Positions 58,344-64,000 of a stretch of DNA of 64,000 nt are shown in pieces. The translations under genes and the position numbers were made by a program. Under the pieces are notes generated by a model. That model made no database searches, had not been told where the DNA came from, and saw nothing but the letters and a program-made list of their open reading frames with translations. The DNA comes from a virus. Taxonomy: Duplodnaviria > Heunggongvirae > Uroviricota > Caudoviricetes. The stretch's first letter is position 1. Each line of letters starts with the position of its first letter. The stretch is from the IMG/VR virus record IMGVR_UViG_3300017987_005500; one strand, 5' to 3'.

Positions 58344-58574
58344 ATGAAAAAAGAAGAATTAATTGAAGCATTGGATAACATAAGAGCAAAGCATATGTGC
58401 GCTTATGTATCAATTGGTGGAAAACCTAATACATTTTGTGATTGTAAATTCTCAGAACATTTTGGAGGATTTGGTAAAAAAGCAATGCACCGTGGTAGTG
58501 AAAATAATAATGGTTGTCCTGAAATGAGAACAATTATTGATTTTATTAAACGACTTGATGAAAACGAATTTTAA
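58344..58574 (+). CDS. Small Cys-containing hypothetical protein
   Basis: CAY...CDCKF...GCPE. Confidence 0.55.
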   Translation: MKKEELIEALDNIRAKHMCAYVSIGGKPNTFCDCKFSEHFGGFGKKAMHRGSENNNGCPEMRTIIDFIKRLDENEF

Positions 58575-58584
58575 AGGAATTTAA

Positions 58585-59082
58585 ATGGAAGATTATGTTC
58601 ATGATAAAGAGTATTTTGTAGGAATCGATCCTTCACTTAGTGCTTCAGGATTAGTAATGATAAATGAACAGGGTGAAATTGTTGTAGAAAAATTAATCAA
58701 AACTTTCACTGAACATTATATTTGTATTGAGCAAAGACTTTTAGATATCATGGAATCAATTACATTTTTAAGTGGAGTATTAAAACTTAATTGTGTATAT
58801 GTTGAAGAATTGCCATATTTATCAAAAGGTGGAGCAATATTTGAAAGAGCTGGATTGATGTACATGATTACTTCATTTTTATTTTCAAAAGATATAGCGT
58901 ATTCATTAATAAAACCAACTACATTGAAAAAATGGGCAGTTGGAAAAGGTAATGCTGATAAAAAAATGATGATGGAATTATCAGGAGAAAGATGGGGAAT
59001 AAATTTTACTGATGATAATATATGTGATGCATATAACTTAGCGCAAATGTGCAGACACACTGAGGGAGATGTCAAAGAATGA
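58585..59082 (+). CDS. ruvC: RuvC-like Holliday junction resolvase
   Basis: GIDPSL..SG, VYVEE, P..LKK...GKGNA.K, DDN.CDA. Confidence 0.85.
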   Translation: MEDYVHDKEYFVGIDPSLSASGLVMINEQGEIVVEKLIKTFTEHYICIEQRLLDIMESITFLSGVLKLNCVYVEELPYLSKGGAIFERAGLMYMITSFLFSKDIAYSLIKPTTLKKWAVGKGNADKKMMMELSGERWGINFTDDNICDAYNLAQMCRHTEGDVKE

Positions 59083-59780
59083 ACACCATAGATAACTATT
59101 TAACACAATTGAATGAAAATACTATTTTATATGAGGGTGTTATATCTAATTGGGTTTCTAAATTGAGTGGGAAATCTAATCAATTACAAACTGCATTTGA
59201 TAAGAAAGATATTAAAAAAGCGAAACAATTATTAGGATCTCCTCCGGTCAAAGGTGTTGACAAAATCAAAAAAGATACATTTTCTAAAGTTCCAGATTTA
59301 AAGAAAGAATATAATTCAAATTTAGTAAAGTATAGAGCAAAAGATGATAAAGCTAAGACTTCTTTAGTTTTAGGATATACTATTGCAAAGAGAGTAGTTG
59401 ATGATATTGGAAAACAAGATAAGTCAACTAAAATGGATGGTTTACATTCAGCTCTAAAAAAAATATCAACTATATTAAAAACAACTTCTTCAGGATTATA
59501 TTCAGCTGGAGCATTAACAATTCCAATAGTCCTATTAGGAAAAATAGGAGTCATTGCACTTAAAAAATCAACTATGTTAAAATTGAGTCGTGTTGGAATG
59601 GCAACATTTTTAATTGGAATGATTTTAGTATTAGTCAGTGAAATTATAGGAGAAACAGCAAACCTTATCAAACCCAAAGATCTTTCAGGAATTGATAGAA
59701 CTTATAAGGATAAGTATTTTAAGGGTGGTGGGAAAGATAGTGGGAAAGGTGGAAAAAACCCTATAAATTCACGAATATAA
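59079..59780 (+). CDS. Hypothetical protein with two C-terminal hydrophobic helices, possible virion protein
   Basis: N-terminal IDNYLTQLNE motif. Confidence 0.55.
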   Translation: MNTIDNYLTQLNENTILYEGVISNWVSKLSGKSNQLQTAFDKKDIKKAKQLLGSPPVKGVDKIKKDTFSKVPDLKKEYNSNLVKYRAKDDKAKTSLVLGYTIAKRVVDDIGKQDKSTKMDGLHSALKKISTILKTTSSGLYSAGALTIPIVLLGKIGVIALKKSTMLKLSRVGMATFLIGMILVLVSEIIGETANLIKPKDLSGIDRTYKDKYFKGGGKDSGKGGKNPINSRI

Positions 59781-59791
59781 AGGGATTACAA

Positions 59792-60436
59792 ATGAATAAA
59801 AAAATTAAATTTGTAATACATGATCATGATGCTAAAAAAGCAGGAAAACATCAAGATTTAAGATTCCAAAAACCAGGAGATATGAAGAATTGGTTATCTT
59901 TTGCAGTAAGGAAAGGAGTTCCTAAAAAACCTGGTAGTCGTGTATTAGCAATTAAAACACATTTACATTCCGAAAAAGAAGCAATGACTGTTGGAGAAAT
60001 TCCTAAAGGAAAATATGGAGCAGGGACATTAAAAGTATTTGATGAGGGAACTGCCACAGTTGAAAAATATAGTCCAGCTCATATAGCACTTACACTTAAA
60101 GGAAAAAAGTTAAAAGGGCTTTATCATTTAATTAATATAGGAGTTACAAGAAACCAAAAATATAAAGCTAATCAATATCTTCTATTCAAAGGAGGTAGTT
60201 TAAAAAAGATGAATACTGTAGAAGCGTATTTAAGAAAGCTTTCCGAGTCAGTTGGAAAACATCGCAATGTACCAGATTCCAACTATGATGAAAAGGAATT
60301 ACAGATGGGGATTGAGATTGAAAAAGAACATACTGACTCTGAAGAAATAGCAAAACAGATAGCTAAAGATCACCTTGAAGAATGCCCAGATTATTACACA
60401 AGACTTAAAAAGTTAGAATCTAATTGCGAGAATTGA
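59792..60436 (+). CDS. LigD-type 3'-phosphoesterase fused to DUF5661-like domain
   Basis: H.AKKAG.H.DLR, SFAVRKG, LAI.T..H, G.YGAG; MGIEIEKEH...IAKDHL.E.PDYY. Confidence 0.8.
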   Translation: MNKKIKFVIHDHDAKKAGKHQDLRFQKPGDMKNWLSFAVRKGVPKKPGSRVLAIKTHLHSEKEAMTVGEIPKGKYGAGTLKVFDEGTATVEKYSPAHIALTLKGKKLKGLYHLINIGVTRNQKYKANQYLLFKGGSLKKMNTVEAYLRKLSESVGKHRNVPDSNYDEKELQMGIEIEKEHTDSEEIAKQIAKDHLEECPDYYTRLKKLESNCEN

Positions 60437-60513
60437 ATCAAAGAAACCAATCGAATTTTATGCGAACAAATTAATATCTAAATAATATTAATTTAAATGT
60501 GAATTGAGGGAAT

Positions 60514-61533
60514 ATGATAATTATAACTGGCGGCGCGGGATTTATAGGTAGCAATCTCATTCAATTATTAAATGAAAATAACATAGACAATATTGTTGTT
60601 GTTGATGATTTTGAAGAAAATCCCGATAAATGGAAAAATTTAATAGGTTTATCAATATACGAATATATTGATAAAAATGATTTCTTAAAATTTATAAAGA
60701 ATAGCAAATATCAAATCCAAGGTTATAAAATATCAGTAATCATTCATCTCGGAGCTTGCACAGATACAACAAATAATGATGTAAAATATATGATGGATAA
60801 CAATTATAGTTATTCAAAAGAGTTATTAGAACTTGCTCTTTATAATGATGCACAATTTATATACGCTTCAAGTGCTGCAACATATGGAGCAAGCACTGAA
60901 TTTAAAGATGAATTAATACCTTCCTTAAGTCCTCTCAATCCATATGCCCTTTCTAAACATTTATTTGATCAGTATGTATTCAATAGTAAATATCGTACGA
61001 AAGCAGTTGCTTTGAAATTTTTTAATGTATATGGTCCTAATGAATGTCACAAAGGTAAAATGTCAAGTTTTATCAATCATGCGTTTTATCAATTTAAAGT
61101 CAATGGACGCGTCAAATTATTCAAATCAAACGATCCAAATATAGAAGACGGAGAACAATCAAGAGATTTTATTTATGTTAAAGATGTTGTTAATGTAATA
61201 TATAAATTTATGCAAGATTTTAAATCAGGTATTTATAATGTTGGTTCTGGATTAAGTATTTCTTATAATACTATTGTAAGAAGTGTATATAAATCAATGG
61301 GATTCTCTAATGGATTTTATACATCAAGAGGAAAATTTATTGATTATATTGATATTCCAGGAGATATAAGTAAGCAATATCAAAATTTTACAAAAGCAAA
61401 CATTAGTAAATTAAAACAAGAATATCCAGATGTTGTAAAGTCTTTTAAGTCTATTGAGGAAGGAATTAATGAGTATGTTATGTTTTTAATGGACCGTAAT
61501 AATTACGGAAGGAGAGTGATTGATGAGCGATAA
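60514..61533 (+). CDS. hldD: ADP-L-glycero-D-manno-heptose 6-epimerase
   Basis: TGGAGFIGSN, HLGACTDTT, YASSAATYG, LNPYALSK, NVYGPNE.HKGKM, GEQ.RDF. Confidence 0.93.
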   Translation: MIIITGGAGFIGSNLIQLLNENNIDNIVVVDDFEENPDKWKNLIGLSIYEYIDKNDFLKFIKNSKYQIQGYKISVIIHLGACTDTTNNDVKYMMDNNYSYSKELLELALYNDAQFIYASSAATYGASTEFKDELIPSLSPLNPYALSKHLFDQYVFNSKYRTKAVALKFFNVYGPNECHKGKMSSFINHAFYQFKVNGRVKLFKSNDPNIEDGEQSRDFIYVKDVVNVIYKFMQDFKSGIYNVGSGLSISYNTIVRSVYKSMGFSNGFYTSRGKFIDYIDIPGDISKQYQNFTKANISKLKQEYPDVVKSFKSIEEGINEYVMFLMDRNNYGRRVIDER

Positions 61534-63253
61534 CCCAATGTCAGAGAATGCTTTGGAAGTTGCAACAAGTCGTTATTTTATGAAGGGTGAAACATGGAAA
61601 GATTGCACATATAGATGTGCTGAAACAATGGCAAGTATTGAAAGAAATAACAAAGGTAAATTTACTGATTCATTTCATGAGATGATTTATAACATGGAAT
61701 TTTTACCTGGAGGAAGAATACTAAGAAACTCAGGTAGAGCAAGAGGTTCTTTATTTAATTGTTTTCATTTACCCATCGGAGATTCGATTGAAGAGATTGG
61801 ACAATTTATTAAAGACTCCTTAATATTGTGGTCAGAAGGTGGCGGAGTAGGATGTAACTTTAGTTCTTTAAGACCTAAAGGTGATTCAATAATGGGAAAA
61901 GGAGGAGAATCTTCAGGACTTGTAAGTTTTATTGAAGCGGCAGATGGAGTTTCTCATACAATTGAGTCTGGTGGAGCAAGAAGAGCTGCAGCAATTGCTC
62001 ATGTTGATGCTAGACACCCCGAAGTACTTGATTTTATTAATGCAAAAATTGTTCAAGGTAAACTTGCACATTTCAATATTTCAGTTTCAGTGACTGAAGA
62101 ATTCCTTCAAACAGTCGAAGCGGATAAACAATGGGAATTTAGATTCAAACAAAGAGGTTATGGCAAAATACCTGCAAGAGAATTGTGGGATCAAATTGTT
62201 TCAAACATGGTAAATTTTGCTGAACCAGGACTTTTAAATTGGGACAAATTTACTAAAAATAATTCTTATTATTTTGCTCCAGTTATGGGAACAAATCCTT
62301 GTGGAGAAACAACTCTAGAACCTTATGGAGTATGTAATTTAGGGTCTTTGGTTCTTCCTAAATTTGTATCAAATAAGAATACGAATTGGATAAAATTAGA
62401 ACAAACAATTGAGTTAGCAGTAAGATTTCTTGATAATGTAACTGATATTAATAAATATGTATTAAAACAAAATGATATCACAGCTCATAATTCAAGACGA
62501 ATTGGTATTGGAGTCATGGGTGTTGCTGATTATCTTTTTGCTAAAAAATTAAGATATGGGTCAGATAAAGCGGTTCAAGAAATTGAAAGACTCATGAGAT
62601 TTATAAGAGATAAAACATATGAATCATCAGTTAAATTGGCAGTTGAAAAAGGTGCATTTCCTAAGTTTGATCATGTACATTATCCTAAGGCATCATTTAT
62701 AAGGAAACTTCCTGCTGCATTAAGAATGGATATTAAGAAACACGGAACAAGAAATTGCACTTTACAAGCAATTGCTCCAACTGGAACAATTTCATTATTA
62801 GCTGATTGTGGAAGCGGGATTGAACCTTTATTTTCAAAAGCTTATCTGAGAAAAGATAGAGTAAGCGAAAGAACATACATTCATTCAAAATATGAAGATA
62901 TAATTAAAGAGAATAAAGGAGAAATACCTGAATGGTACGTTGATACAACGGACTTAACACCAGAAGAGCATCTTGAAATTCAATCTGCAGTTCAAAAATT
63001 TGTTGATGGAAGTGTAAGTAAAACCATTAATCTTCCTAAAGAAACTACAGATGAGGATTTAAGTAAATTATTATTAGAGTATATTTATGATTTAAAAGGG
63101 GTAACTGTCTATAGAGATGGTTCAAGAGAAGGACAAATTTTAAATAAAATATCTCATGAGGATGTTGTCAAACATCTGGAACAAAAAGATGGAATTGAAA
63201 ATCATTTAACACCAATTGATGTATCGTGTTCAACAGGAAAATGTGAAATATAA
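61523..63253 (+). CDS. nrdJ: Class II (B12-dependent) ribonucleotide reductase
   Basis: LFNC, GGGVG, EPG, TNPCGE, CNLGS, APTGTIS, SKTIN, YRDGSR; C-terminal CSTGKC; no ATP cone. Confidence 0.9.
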   Translation: MSDNPMSENALEVATSRYFMKGETWKDCTYRCAETMASIERNNKGKFTDSFHEMIYNMEFLPGGRILRNSGRARGSLFNCFHLPIGDSIEEIGQFIKDSLILWSEGGGVGCNFSSLRPKGDSIMGKGGESSGLVSFIEAADGVSHTIESGGARRAAAIAHVDARHPEVLDFINAKIVQGKLAHFNISVSVTEEFLQTVEADKQWEFRFKQRGYGKIPARELWDQIVSNMVNFAEPGLLNWDKFTKNNSYYFAPVMGTNPCGETTLEPYGVCNLGSLVLPKFVSNKNTNWIKLEQTIELAVRFLDNVTDINKYVLKQNDITAHNSRRIGIGVMGVADYLFAKKLRYGSDKAVQEIERLMRFIRDKTYESSVKLAVEKGAFPKFDHVHYPKASFIRKLPAALRMDIKKHGTRNCTLQAIAPTGTISLLADCGSGIEPLFSKAYLRKDRVSERTYIHSKYEDIIKENKGEIPEWYVDTTDLTPEEHLEIQSAVQKFVDGSVSKTINLPKETTDEDLSKLLLEYIYDLKGVTVYRDGSREGQILNKISHEDVVKHLEQKDGIENHLTPIDVSCSTGKCEI

Positions 63254-63265
63254 GGAGAAAAAAAT

Positions 63266-63469
63266 ATGTTAACTTTAGCAGCTAATCAAGTATGTCCACA
63301 CTCTGCAAATTGTCCTCATAATAGAGGAGTTGAATCATGTATGGGAGCAAATCCTGATAGAGGAAATATGTTTACATGTGAATTTGTTGATTCTTCAGGA
63401 AAAATATCAGAGTCAGGATTTAGAAATCCTCAAGACCAAACAGGAAATCAAACCATCCTACGAGGTTAA
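63266..63469 (+). CDS. Small Cys-rich protein
   Basis: CPH...CPH...C...CEF; AAGGAG RBS. Confidence 0.6.
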   Translation: MLTLAANQVCPHSANCPHNRGVESCMGANPDRGNMFTCEFVDSSGKISESGFRNPQDQTGNQTILRG

Positions 63470-63519
63470 GAAGCTAAATTATTCATTTAGAACAAACTAT
63501 TAAAGGATAGGAGTTTTAA

Positions 63520-63741
63520 ATGAATGTTCATAGAAAGGCAAAATTTTCGCTTGGAAAGACTCCATTTAATGATCCGTGTATAGATTGTATTGTTGGAGTT
63601 GTATGCAATAAAGATGAATGTGTCGATAAAATAAAATATGAAATGGCACAAAATAAAGATAAACCAGAGACAATTAAAATAAAAAAGAAGAAAGTTAAAA
63701 AGACTAAATTATGGAGAAATATAAATGGAATCAGAAATTAA
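63520..63741 (+). CDS. Small Cys-rich protein (PCxxCIV family, short form)
   Basis: DPCIDCIVGVVC; class B motif at 63489. Confidence 0.6.
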   Translation: MNVHRKAKFSLGKTPFNDPCIDCIVGVVCNKDECVDKIKYEMAQNKDKPETIKIKKKKVKKTKLWRNINGIRN

Positions 63742-64000
63742 CAACAAAGAAGATAAATTTCAATCATTATTAGAAGAATTTACTAAGGTAAGAGATTCTA
63801 TTTATAAAATGATTGAAGATGTTGAAGTCATTTCAGCAAATGTAAAAGATCTTTTTCCTGAGAAATTTGATGCAAGATATAGGATGATTTTTCAAGAAAG
63901 AGTTAAAGCAACAACTGAAATATTCAAAACATTGCTTGATATGAAGAAAGAGATAACTAAAAACATCAAGGATGAAATTGACATAAGACGAAAAATTCAA
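63725..64000 (+). CDS. Helical protein truncated by the window edge
   Basis: GGAG RBS; MESEINNKEDKF..., open to the end of the window. Confidence 0.6.
   Translation, partial: MESEINNKEDKFQSLLEEFTKVRDSIYKMIEDVEVISANVKDLFPEKFDARYRMIFQERVKATTEIFKTLLDMKKEITKNIKDEIDIRRKIQ

Noticed and set aside
2230-60057. Many short ORFs antisense to or nested in longer genes (e.g. 6762, 8064, 23525, 50054, 59180)
   Set aside because: Shadow frames of AT-rich coding DNA with Phe/Ile/Leu/Ser-rich composition and no RBS.
1-64000. CRISPR array or cas genes
   Set aside because: No regularly spaced repeats with unique spacers. The tandem repeats seen are coding NUMOD3 units and degenerate origin repeats.
1-64000. 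Stop-codon reassignment
   Set aside because: Conserved genes are full length in the standard code; TAA, TAG and TGA all end genes; the tRNA has the ordinary CCA anticodon.

Overview
A strongly AT-rich, densely coding 64-kb segment of a very large tailed bacterial virus (T4-like/jumbo type). All calls rest on motif recognition only; no searches were run. Genes run mostly on the minus strand up to 47,667 and on the plus strand after 47,811. Left arm: cspA, tRNA-Trp, a pyrimidine-dimer glycosylase, an Apyc1-like metallo-beta-lactamase, a nucleotide-metabolism cluster (NDT, dGTP/dATP diphosphohydrolase, DHODH-like, dCMP deaminase, 5'-nucleotidase, Zn-less QueC-like), plus-strand islands of small genes with a DNA ligase, and a ~20-kb glycosylation island (WbpB/E/D/I-type sugar pathway, many glycosyl-, acyl- and methyltransferases). 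Centre: a volactin-like actin with a coupled partner gene, gmhA, and a candidate iteron origin beside a TrfA/RepA-like initiator near the strand switch. Right arm: T4-like replication and repair genes (Dda-like helicase, clamp loader, primase, clamp, RNase H, RuvC), a neck protein, hldD and a class II ribonucleotide reductase. Six members of one modular free-standing homing-endonuclease family and two recurring promoter motifs are scattered throughout. Strongest candidates for undescribed biology: (i) the volactin-like cytoskeletal module with a plasmid-type Rep/iteron origin in a T4-like virus, (ii) a leader-peptide attenuator controlling denV-tRNA(Trp)-cspA, (iii) a membrane-free viral glycan factory. 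No CRISPR array, rRNA or genetic-code reassignment was seen.
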